From Octopus bimaculoides (Eukaryota): a stretch of DNA of 64,000 nucleotides. The translations under genes were made by a program, and so were the position numbers. Numbering within the stretch: the stretch's first letter is position 1; each line of letters opens with the position of its first letter. Below, piece by piece: positions 1 through 12,713 of the stretch. The DNA lies in assembly GCF_001194135.2 (NCBI RefSeq), contig NC_068985.1, forward strand, positions 77,716,728 through 77,780,727, in the 5' to 3' direction. Below the pieces are notes generated by a model. The model was not told the DNA's origin. It did no database searches and saw nothing but the letters and a program-made list of their open reading frames with translations.

Positions 1-800
1 AAGAGCAAAGATTGAAGCAATTTCAGATTAACCAGAGCTCACAAAACTCCCAGGCGTTACTTGGATCACACAATGGTTTACAGTAAGGTATTTGTTAAAC
101 CATATACAAAGAGGCCATTAAAATCTGATATGCCTCTGAAAACAAGCGTGTCTTCTTTAAAAAATCCAGAAAGGACAAAAAAAAAAAAGACATTTTTTTT
201 TTTTTTAAATGCATCCTGAATTCAAAGCTTGAGAACATAGCAATGATTCTGAAGTTTTGTGGCAAAATATTTGTGACATCAAATCATCTGCTGAAGAAGT
301 TCTAGGATTTGTCAAATGTAAGGACCAAGATTGGTTTGTTGAGAATGATTATCAAACCAAACTCCTCATAAAAACCAAGCACAAAAGACACAAGGCATGG
401 ATCTCAAACAAAAGCTCACCATCATTCAGATCCTTATATATCTTTAAGAAAACTACTCAGAATAAACTGCATGAGATGAAATATTCTTAATGGGCAAAAA
501 AAAAAAAACAAGAATTGGAACAGGCTGCTAACTCTCACAACCTGAGAGCATTGTATAACAATCTGAAAGGTGCATTTGGTTCAAAAATGTGTTGTACAGA
601 ACCAATTCTGAAAAGAAGGGCTGAACATTTTAAATCTGTATTAAATCAAGAATCAACTACCAATTCTGAAGTAATCAATGAAATCCTTATAATTGAGAGG
701 CCTACAGTTGAGGAACTTGTGGAAGATCCTCCCTTGAATGAGTTAACTACTTCTGTTAAAAAAACTTTCCAACAGTTGTTTGAATGAAAGATGACTGCAT
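1..800 (+). mobile_element. Degenerate RTE/BovB-clade LINE ORF fragment
   Basis: Broken frames SAEEVLGFVKCKDQDWFVEND..., LRALYNNLKGAFG, ILKRRAEHFKSVLNQES resemble the RTE linker (HQDWFDEN, RWAEHF..VLN). Confidence 0.8.
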
Positions 801-1278
801 TCCGAAAATTCTTTTGTATGGCTGCCAAGTAGAGGGACACTGTGGTAAAGGAAGACTGTCCTGAGGTATAAGGATAAATTGAAGCAATCACTAAAGTCTC
901 TCCAGCTTAATTTGACACCTTGGGAAAGTCATTGCCTATATCGATCAACATGGCATAAAATGTGTCATGATGTACCGAAACAATTTGAGTTGAAGAAACA
1001 GAACAATAAAAGATGAAAATCATATCCTGCAATCAGCAGACAAATTTACCGAAGCAAAATCAAAATCATCAGTGTCCCCACTGTGACTTCCAAGCAAAAT
1101 CTATACCTGGACTCAAATTACATTCACACATTCATCTCAAATACATGCAGCTTCTTTTATTCTTTTACTTTCAGAGTTTTTTTTCTTCTTTTTCTCACTT
1201 AAATTTTTTTTTTTTTACTTTAAATCCTCTGCTTCAAACACTCATACATCAAAATTGACAAGAATGACCATCATCATC

Positions 1279-1315
<37 letters not shown>

Positions 1316-2456
1316 TTTTCCAAAGGTCAACTTAGCCTTTCATGCTTTTCGGATTGACAAATTAAGTTGTTGAGCTGGCAGAATTGTTAGCACACTGGGC
1401 AAAATGCTGTGTGGCATTTCGTCTACCTTTCTGTTCTAAGTTCAAATTCTACTGATGTTCATTTTGCCTTTCATCCTTTCAGAATCAATAAAACAAGTAC
1501 TAGTTGAACACTAGGGGGCAATGTAATTGACTTACCCCTCCTCTAGAATTGATGGACTTGTGCCAAAATTTGAAAACATTATTATTATTATTATTATTAT
1601 TATCATTATTATTATTATTATTGCATATCTTTATTGCACAACTAATCTCAACTCTGTATGTTTTGGTCACATGTAGTGTTTTATCTTTTCCTCTTATATT
1701 GAAAACATTATGTAATATATATGCAATGTCCAGTAGTGCTATGCTATTTTCTGTATATTGTGTATATAAGTGCTGAAATTTGTGCTTTGTATTTATTTCC
1801 AGTCTTTCTTAATGGTTCCTGAGGTACCTGTTACTATAAAGTTTGTTTCTGTTTTCCATCCCCATTCATCTCTCTTTTCAGATCTTTATAATTGTGTAGC
1901 TTGGATATCATCATCATCATCATCATCATTTTGATGATGATGAGGTTTCCTTCTTTCAATTTTGTTTCCATTTCTTGCTGAGGGTCTTCCCAACACCTAG
2001 AGCAAAGAAACTCACTGTACTTTGATAGGCCATGAAACTAAACACACTAGATAGTTCATTTTCAAAATCAATTGAAGTTATGTGAAAAAAAAAAAAAAAA
2101 ATACACGGTCGGTAATTGTTCTCACATCAACAAATGTTCTTCTCAATATGTGTGATGTACCAGTTAAAACAATCCTTTGTACTTCTTTTGTGGATGGTAA
2201 GCCAGGGATCATTCTCAAACAATTTTCAGTTCTTTTTATTTTTATATCATTTCTAGTGCTCATTCAATCATTGGTATTGTTTCCGTTTTCATATATGCCA
2301 CATTGTTTTTGATTTAAATGAGCAAGTCTTTATATTTTCTGACCTTGTCGATTTCATTGAGTGTGTTTGTTTGTTGTTTCATTGTTTCATTTCACTACTA
2401 GAAGTGCAGATTATTATCATTGTTGTTATAAGTGTTATGCCTTGCCTTTGTTACAG

Positions 2457-2577
2457 GTTCAAATACACAAGATGAGGTTGAGGAAGAGAAGGGTAACATG
2501 ACAGCTGTCATAGTGGCTGCAACCATGGTCCCTGTCATCGTCATACTTATTATTGTCTTGGTGACTCTAAGTTTCCG
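2457..2577 (+). CDS. Ptp99A: PTP exon 1 in window: transmembrane helix ([40 protein letters not shown])
   Basis: ttacag| acceptor, |gtgagt donor, 121 bp, phase 1->2; hydrophobic run of about 24 aa. Confidence 0.88.
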
Positions 2578-5500
2578 GTGAGTACTACTGCTGCAGACAC
2601 TAATATTGTAACTGTTATTTGTTCCTTTGGCATTTTAGGTGCAGATATGGCTGTATGGTTAAGAAGTTTGTTTTGCAACCACATAGGTTCAGGTTTAACC
2701 CTTTAGCATTTAAACTGGCCATATCTGGCCAAAATATTCTTCCTGTCTTACGTTCAAAGTGGCCAGATGCAGCCTCTCACACCTATCCTACAATGTTAGT
2801 CCAAAACATATACAGTCATTTAATCAAAATTTCAAAGCTACAAGGTAATGCAGGGTAAATTCAAAATAACGTGAATAAATAAGCATTACATTTGATAGAA
2901 TAATTGGAATGCTAAAGAGTTAACCCATTCTGTGACATAATGGACAAGTGTCTTTTACAACGACCTTGAGTTAAAATTTGGTAGACAGAAACTGTACTGT
3001 AGCTTGTCGTGAGTGTGTTATATGAATGAGCACAAATTTGGATATTCTGTGCTTATGACTACTTCAGTAAAACAATGGTGGTAGTAATATTTCTTTTCAA
3101 CATTATGAATAATTGATTTGCGTTTTAAAAGATCTCTGGAATAGAATGAATTCTTGTTTGTAAAACAGGTAAGGTTTGGTGATAGGAAGAGCATCTAACC
3201 ATAAAATCCTGCTTCAGATAGTGCCCTTCTAATCTCCGCTAGCATGGAAAATTGGACATTAAGTGAATATAAATTTCTGTGTGTATGCGTGTGCATGCAC
3301 ACGTGCATGTTTTATCATCATTTAATCTTGATGTTCCATGCTGTTATGAGTTTAATGAAACCAAGAATTGCATCACACTCTATTATCTTCTTTGGCATGG
3401 TTTCTATGCTTGATGCCCTTCCTAATGCTAACCCCATTACAGTATGGACTAGGTGCTTTGTTTCAAGCCACCAGCACTAGTGAGGTAACCATGCAGCTCA
3501 CAAGACTATGAACACCAAAGGAGTGTGGTTTTATGCTAGGAAATGAAGGGGTTAATGTATAATTTCAAAATTAATACTGCTTAGACAGCAGTGAGATTCA
3601 TTTATATGCTGCATAAACAATATATCCCTACAGCTCAGTGGTTTAACATGTTAAGACCAATGATATGATATAAAGTGCCTTACTAGAAAACAAATAAGAG
3701 TCAGCATCTGCTGTAGAATAGTGCCTTAAGATGTCTGGTCCAACCCATACCAACATGGAAAAGGTGGACATGGAAAATTATGAGAGTAATGAAAAACAAA
3801 TAATGAAATAATGAAATGTCTGTTCGTTGTTTCATTGGTCCATTTCACTGCTGGAAGTGCATATTTGTGTTATGTTTGTTGTTGAAGTAAGCATATGTGC
3901 ATTATGCATTTACAGAGTGTATTGGGTATATTTTATTGTGGCTCTAACACTAGTGGTATTACCTTGTATTCTGTTAGCTTAAATAGTCCTCACTAGTTTA
4001 CGTTGTGTTCTTGTGCTCAGGACAGAGGAGAGTGAGTGATGACAGAAGAATGAAGATGAGTGGTGGATTGGAGCATGATCGTAGAGATAGTGAGACAGAT
4101 ACTAATAGAGATGGACATGGTAAGAATGAGTGATGAATGTGAATAGCAAGTGGCTTGGGGGAAAGAGAGTGGTGAATGGAAATTCAGAAATGAGGATGGT
4201 AGAACATATGATGTACAAAAAGATACAATGCAATCCTTTATACATAACTCTTGTGATGAGCAAGAGAGATGATTAGCGACATTATAGGTTAGTTCCAGTT
4301 TCACCCCTTGTTAATGATGTAAATTAATGCATGAATGAAATCAACTGAATCATATTTATGTCGATAATAAATATAAGCTACCTTACCATAATTCTATCAT
4401 CTTGTCTGCCATGTTTGAACTAAACTTGAGTTATTTATATGAGTATCTGAAGAAACTTGGTTATATAAATATTTACAGTAAATATGCATTACCTTGCATA
4501 GTTAGTGTCTGATAATTCACTAGTCTCGGGTAAAATCTTTAGGGAATTTAGCAACATCATTCAAATGAAGAGCAATAGTTGCATTAGTGTTAACATATCT
4601 AATCTATTTATTGATTCTCTCATTACTACTTAGGTAAGCACAGCGAAGTTTATGCCTTGCTCAAGAGGTCTAATAACACCAAAACCTATCAAGAGTTGTT
4701 ACTCATACTTGCTAAAATAATTTTATTAATGAGCTAATTTTCTTTTTCTTCATAACATAATTAATCGTAATACGATTTATGATGCTCCCTTACAGTGAAC
4801 ATATTACCTGTTGTTTCATAAAATGTTTGAACTTGTCTGATAATCTTATGTTTTTGTTGTAAAATATTTCAGAAACTTACATGTCTGATGTAAAAGGCTT
4901 GATAAATAAACTCATCTAACTTGTGTAAAACATTTGAGCTCTTCTGTTATGTAAAATGTTTGATCAACTTATCTATCTGGTGTAAAATGTTTGTTGTGAA
5001 ATGACAGGAACCATTTTGTTATGCATTTCAGATCATTGACATGCCGGGAATATTATCAAGCAGCATATAATTATTTGGCTGTTCCCAGCCACTCACAGTC
5101 ATCACAGCCGACTGTCATCCCTATACCAGAAACCTATGGTATGTATCTCTTCACTCTTACTCTTTTAGTCCTCCACAATACCTTATCTATCACATCAACA
5201 CACACACACACACACAAAATTGGCTATGTTGTGTTGTAGGAAGGGTGTTTGCAATGTCAGAAAAGACAGGAAACCCTACCAATGTAATTGAATCTCTAGA
5301 GAGTATTGAAATATTAAGGAATCTTGAAAGGAAGACAAATTGTTGAACAAGCTACCCTCATTTCAAGAATTAATTGCTGTAGATGATAACGATAAAGTAA
5401 AATAGATGTTGGGTGAAATCTTTCCTCCAATGTGGATAAGATGTTAAGACTTATCTTGGTTAAAAGGAAAACTTAGCCAGAATCATTATTGCAGGAAATG

Positions 5501-8241
5501 CACATATTATGTTATCTTATATGTCAATCAAAATACCTTTGTATTAATTTAGTGAAAGAAAACATTAAAGAATGACCTTACTCTTACAGTAATATAATGT
5601 AAAGGGTAAAGACCCCCTTCGGTCATGAATGACCATGGGATTGCACCTAGAAAGTTACCCTCCGAGGCACAAGTCCAGGCTAGGTTGTTTATGGAACACC
5701 AGCAGTCACTTATGCATACCAGCCTCCTCTCTCCACATCACCGATGTTATCCAAGAGAAAGGCAAAGGCCGATACAACTTGGCACCAGTGACATCACAAT
5801 TCATTTCTACAACTGAGTGAACTGGAGTAACTTGAAAATAAAGTATCTTGTTGAAGAACAGAGCACATAGCTCAGTCAGGGGATCAAGCTCACTATCTCA
5901 TTATCTCATGATTACAGTGTAGGTTCTTAGAATATGACTCTTCTGTGTATTGATAGAACATGTGGATACTATAGTAACTGTTCATGTTGTAGGGTGTGGG
6001 CTGATGGAATATAACTTATAGAATATGGGTTAATTGAGTGGTAGAATATGGGTTAATAGAATGGTAGCTAATAACATATAATCTCACAAATGAGGTCCAT
6101 TGACTCATAAAAGCATTTATCAGTCAAAATTAAAGCTTTACTGGTGTGATCATGTTAATTACAAAATATAAAATTATGGGATGGTTTAAAGATAAAAATT
6201 TTGCCATTGAATGAAAATTATTTGTCTAGATTATATTGATGAATTATTGTAAATAAAATAACTGTTTTGAAATTTATGTCTTAATCAGATATCTTAATTT
6301 TGATAATACTGTTATTTTGTACTATATAGTCTTTAACTCTGTTGTTTGTTTCAGTCATTGGACATGAGATATCTTTAGTCAAATAAATATTAGAGGATTT
6401 GGTCAATCAAATAAATGTCAGAGGATTTGGTCAATCAAATAGATGTCAGAGGATTTGGTCAATCAAATAGATGTCAAAGGATTTGGTCAATCAAATAAAC
6501 GTTGGAGGATTTGGTCAATCAAATAAACGTTGGAGAATTTGGTCAATCAAATAGATGTCAGGGGATTTGGTCAATCAAATCGACCCCAGAACTTTTAAGT
6601 TTGATAGTTACCCAATTGGTCTCTTTGCTAAATTTGCTAAGCTATGAAGACNNNNNNNNNNTGAAGACATAAACAACCTCACACCAGTTGTCAAGTGGTA
6701 GAGAGGATACACACACACACACATACACACAATGGGCTTCCACACAGTTTCCATCTACCAAATTCACTCACAAGGCATTAGTGAACCTGAGGCTGTTGTA
6801 TAAAACGCTTGCCCAAGATGCTATGCAACAAGATTAAACCTGAACCCACGTGGTTACAAAGCCAACTTTTTAATCGCACAGCTATCAATTGTGTTATATA
6901 TTTTGAGAGGAACATTTTAGGAGATATTTCAGATGACTGTCATTATGGAGAGTGATATACATTATATTATTTAAGAAACTTTAGTTTCATTGGTAATATT
7001 ACAAAATAATTTACCAAATTTACACACAAAAAGACAATTTCGGTTTCAGTACTCCATGTAACCCCTCATAACTATATATTTTGCAATTTTCAGAAAATTT
7101 TTCTGAATTTGTGTTCCATACGCGGAAATTCATAGGATTATAAAAAAGAAAATTTTTTTATAAACTAATAAATGAGGAAGGTATATGGTGGTCGTGAATT
7201 GTGCTAAAATTAAGAGCTAAGTCATCCTCATATAACACAAAAAATTTGTTTTGTTTTTTTTTGTATAATTGTATGAATTCTCCATGTGTAGAACATAAAT
7301 ATGCAAGTTTTCTCAAAATTGCAAAAAATAAAAAAAGTTATTAGGTGCTTAAACTAGAATTCTGCCAAAAGAAAAGATTGCTAAAAAAAAATCTCTAGGG
7401 TCACTCATTGATGAAACCTACTCCAGACAAGGCTTTGTTCCTTTTCCTTTTGGAGGCTTTGTTTGTTGAATTTTTCTGAAGTACTTATTTGTTGTTAACC
7501 CTTTTATTCTTCTTTGTTTTGCAGAAGAGGCTGACTACCCTTCTATAGCAGTACGGGATTTTATTGCTCATGTGGAAATGTTACACGCTGATAGTGACAT
7601 TGGTTTCTCACAGCAATTTGATGTAAGTCACCCAGCTTTCCTACATTTTTTCTGTCTTTGTTGGTAACATTTTTCTAGCTATAAAACATCGGATTGGTCA
7701 CCTTTTGCTTGTTGTACACCTAAAGCGATATGCTTTAGGACAGTTAGATGTATCCTTTGAGTGATATCTTCTCTAGAATTCTTTGGTATGTAGGAGAGCT
7801 GGAACATGAATGAGCTGAGGGAGTGAGTAGAGTTACAGACATTAGCTGTGTATGAGGGTTAGGAAATTGTGCTGAGATGGAATTGATGCAAATGAATGAT
7901 GAGTGCTGAGTGAAGGAGGCTCCTGTGTTATCATTGGTGGAAAAAGAAAAATTGGTGAGGTCAGATCTCTCTTATAGAAGAGATGGTGAAGGCCAAGTAC
8001 TTGTAAGGAAAAATGTTTGGTAAAACAAAGTGAAAAACAAATAAGATGACATTAATCTCCTTTAGCATTCAGATTACTCTGCCAAATCTAATGTTTATTT
8101 ATTCACCTTGTTTTGATTTAATTATACATTATCTTGTAGCTTCAGAATTTCAATGATGTGACTGTTTATTTTTAGAATGACATTGTAGGGCAGGTGTGCC
8201 AGAGGTCAGACTTTCGTGCAGTGACCTGAATAATAATAATG

Positions 8242-8280
<39 letters not shown>

Positions 8281-11200
8281 TCGAAAAAAGACCTTTGGAA
8301 TGAGAACCCAGGTTTGAAATTTCCCCAAGACACCTGATGAAGGTTGGAGGGTATATCAGCCAAAACGTTGTGTTAACAACAAACAAGATGAGGACAAATA
8401 TCCGTCAAATGTAAATAATGTACATAATTCCTCATCTCTTAAATATAGAACTGTATCTTTTCTCTTGTTTCTGTCATTACACTGCAGCCATGCTGGGGCA
8501 CCAGTCTTATTCTAAAATACTTTTATGTGATGATCATGATGATGATAATGATCATCATTGTCATTATTTTTATATCTGCTTTTCCATGCTAGCATGGTTT
8601 GAATTGAGCTTTTTGAGGCAGTATTTTACAACGCTGTTCTTTCTGATGCCAGCCCTTTTACTTACCTCTTATGACATACAGGGATAGAGATGGTGGTGTA
8701 CCTATTGCCAAAACCCGGATACCCATGATAATAGAATAATAATACTGTATGGATTGATAGATTATGATTTATAGAGTATGGAGTAATAAAGTATGACTTA
8801 AAGAGTAGTGGTTGATAAATTATGACTTCAGGAGTGTGTTCTATTGACTCATAAAGCATGTATGAGTGCAGTCTAATGAAATCTCACAATACTAATCACA
8901 TAAATTCCAATGTATAAAATTAAGGATTGGTTTAAAGATAACAATTTTACCATGGAAGAAGACTTTGAAGAATAATGATATATTACATTTATTTTATTTA
9001 TCTGCTGATAGAGACCCATAGATAAGTTATGTACTAAAAAAGAAATGAGATTAGGAAATTGGGTGCAAATTAACATTAAAACTTGATCTAAGCTTGAAAT
9101 TATATGTTAACTGGGTTAGCCATGCCAAAACTCGGTCTATTTGAAGTTTGGCATTGTAAATAAATATATGATGATATCATGTGCAGAAGAAATAAAATCT
9201 TCTGTGATCTCTTGACCAACCAAGTCTTTGTGAGCAGATTTGGTGGATGGAAGCTGAAAGAGCCCCATTGTGTGTATGCATGTGAGTGTATGTGTATTTG
9301 TGTCTCTTGTCTGGCCATGAGGAAATACTGTGACTGGAAGCACGTAAGAGTTGGCAACAGGAAGAGCATCTGGACATAGAAAATGTGCCTTAATAAACTC
9401 TGCTCAACCCACGCAGGCATGAGAAAGTGAACTTTAAAGCAATGATAATCAAATGTTTAGAAGCCAGTATATTACATATTTACAGAAAAATCCACTATGG
9501 CTGAATCTAAACTAAAATTGTGTTCTTGTTTCTGCTACTGATTCAGTTGTGCCACCAAAAAAGCATTCCCGATCCCTGCTGAAGCTGTTTAACTATCCTA
9601 AACATGACTTCTGTTCTGGAAGAAACTCTCTGACATAGCTTTTTCAACAACAACCAAATTCTGAATCTGTCTGCTATTATGATCAAGGACTGGCTGTGCA
9701 TACTTTGACTTTGCCAAAACCTTTGACAAGGTGAACCATGGGATTTTATGCTACAAAGTAGAAAACATTGGTGCAACAGTCTATATTTCACTGTAGAAAT
9801 TTCAATGTTATAAAACCTCCTGTGAATTGGTGAAATATGATGGGAATTTCTTATTGAAAATATAGATTTCACAATAGTCTCAGAATTAGGTAAGAGACTC
9901 GTGTGACTAGAACCATAGTATGTACTCTGAGGAGATGTGGAAAATTACCACTTTTAGGAAAATGAAGTTAATCACTCCAAAAGTCGACTGCCATCATCAT
10001 CATCATACACCTGTTTTCTATGCTGACATAGGTTTGACTGCCCAAATCAGTTCTTATTAGGCACCATTCGTAGAAGGCTAGTAGGACCACACCTTGCTCA
10101 TACATTCCATCTACACCAAAACTATAATTAAAAATATCATTTAGCTTAGCTCCAATTGTGTTTATTTATGACATGGTGATATTTGTACTGAGCAGTTTAA
10201 TTTTTCTATGAATCTATTGTCTCATGATTTATTTCCTCTTTTTTCCAGGACATTACTCAACGAACTCGGTGTGATCTAAAATCAGAGTTTTCTGCATTAC
10301 AAGAGAACAAAATGAAGAATAGATATATCAATATTGCTGCCTGTAAGTAGCCGTAAACTATACCTTCTCCCTGTTCTCTCTATACATAGTTATAAACTAA
10401 TAGAACCTTTCTGGGCACTTATTTGGTTTAGCATGGAATGTTAAACTCTGTCCCCACTAACTTTTTTGTTATATTTTTAAAATTTTAATCAGCTTTCAAA
10501 TTTTTAGGTTTTGAACATCAGAATCTATAGGAAAATTTTTAAAGAATGTTTTTCTCCTGTATCAGAAATAGATTTGGGTTAGGGGATTTACAGCTGTAGT
10601 ACCTTATTTTTATATATAAATATTTTTGTTTTGTCATTCAAGTGCATAAACATATTTTGTTTTGCAGTTGTAATTACATTTCCATCCTTAATAATTTGAT
10701 CGTGGGGGTCAGTGGGGGTCAGTTTATCTATCTCTGCTTTGTGTTTCTGATACTTCATATAGCAGAAAATGCAGAATGTCATTTACATATCCGATATGGG
10801 GGTAGGGGCCCAGTATTTAATAGTTTCACTCTCTTCCATATTTTTTAATGCATCTCTTTTTCTAGATCTTTATGTCTAGGTAAATCAGCCTCTTCATCAT
10901 CATCACCAACAGTAGAGGGTAAAAAATGGTAAAGTTACCTTTTCAAGTCATGCCAGTTCATAAGGGATGGTTTCCATGGCGTATAAATTCCCCACCTGGA
11001 TGGGACACAGGTCCATTGCAGGATTACTCATTTTTGCCAGCTGAGTGGACTGGAGCAACATGAAATGAAGTATTTTGCTCAAGAACACAATACTGCATCC
11101 AGTAATCAAAACCACAATCTTATAATCATGAGTCCAACACGCCTAGCCACTAAACCAGTTTGGGGTTTACACCAGTGATTTTCAACCAGGGTCCATATGC

Positions 11201-12619
11201 CCACTGAGGGCCCATATAAGATTTTGGAGGGTCCACGTAACAGAATAGTAAATTGGGGATCCACAAGAGTGTTTTTAGGGACCCTGAAAAAATTTTGCTT
11301 TAGATGTATGTATTGGTGTGTATTGCAAGAAACGGCTAGGTTTCTTTCTCTAACATTTTGCATAGTTCCACCTATGCAAGTTAATGTGTGAAAAGCAAAG
11401 TAGGAGTTTTGATAGAAATTTCTATAAAACTAGTTTTTTAAACAGTGAATGGCTATGGTGGGGGGTCCACCAGAATAAAATAGTAATTAAAGGGGTCCAT
11501 AGATAAAAAAAAAAAAATGGCTGAGAAACCCTGGTCTACACAATGCACTTTGTCACCTTCACCACCACTGCCTTCAGTATTACCATCATCATGGTCATTA
11601 TTATCACCTCTGTAATTTAGGTAATGACCGTGGAACTGGATATGGTTGTGCAATGTTAGACCAGCATTTAGGTGCCATACCATTTGGAGTAGGTACTTTA
11701 CTGTTCAGTACTCAGATGTTATTATCAGAACATTTCATATTTGTCTTCAGGTTTACAAACGAAAAAAAAAAAAAAAAAGAGAAAGCTCTTTCCTGAGACT
11801 CATAAAGCCAGTTTCTTGGATTCTGTAGTGTATATATTCCACCCAATGTGGGATGCCAGTCTGTTGCAGAAATACTCATTTTTGTCAGTTGAGTGTACAT
11901 AAGATGAAGTGTTTTGCTCAAGAACAAATTGCATTTCCCAGTCCAGGAATCAAAACTAACACCCCTGGGGTTAATCAATCATCAATACTCCTTACTTTTT
12001 ATAAAACACCTTGTTCCTTGTTTAAAAAAAGACATCGACATCATCATCGCTTTTTTAATGGCGGCAGTTTTGAAGATCATGATGATGGTGGTTGTGGTGG
12101 TGATGATGTTGATGATTATTATCATTAAGGTGGCGAGCTGGCAGAACCATTAGCACACCGGGCAAAATGCTAGTAGCATTTTATCTGTTCGTATGCTCTG
12201 AATTCAAATTCTGCCATGGCTGTCTTTGCCCTTCATCCTTTTGGGGGTCGATAAATTAAGTACCGGTGAAACTCTGGGGTCAGTGTAATCAACTAGTCTC
12301 TTCCCCACAAATTTCAGGCCTTGTGTCTTTAGCAAAAACGATTATTACTATTATTTAAAGTAGATTTCTTCATAAAAGCTAAAAAGGGTTTAAATCAAAA
12401 TGTTCCATCTTTAGCAAAACCTTAATCACTTCCTTCTTCAAGTATCACTCAAAATTGTTACCAACAATTATGAATTTTTATTATTATTCTTTCAGATGAT
12501 CACACGAGATGTCAGTTGAAGCCAATAATGAGTAGGCAAAAACATTCTGATTACATAAATGCCAATTATGTTGATGTAAGTAGCATGATTTTTTAATTGC
12601 TCTTTAATGGCCATAACGT

Positions 12620-12663
<44 letters not shown>

Positions 12664-12673
12664 NNNNNNNNNN

Positions 12674-12713
<40 letters not shown>

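Noticed and set aside
1860-1945. Strong acceptor-like TCTCTCTTTTCAG upstream of the TM exon as a further phosphatase exon
   Set aside because: All three frames hit stops before the next plausible donor.
6392-6580. CRISPR-like array of 28-bp repeats
   Set aside because: The units are contiguous with no unique spacers, lie in a eukaryotic SINE, and there are no cas genes.
6085-9050. Diverged direct similarity between 6085-6300 and 8840-9050 in neighbouring introns
   Set aside because: Only short AT-rich blocks match, so it cannot be distinguished from an old low-copy repeat and has no functional clue.
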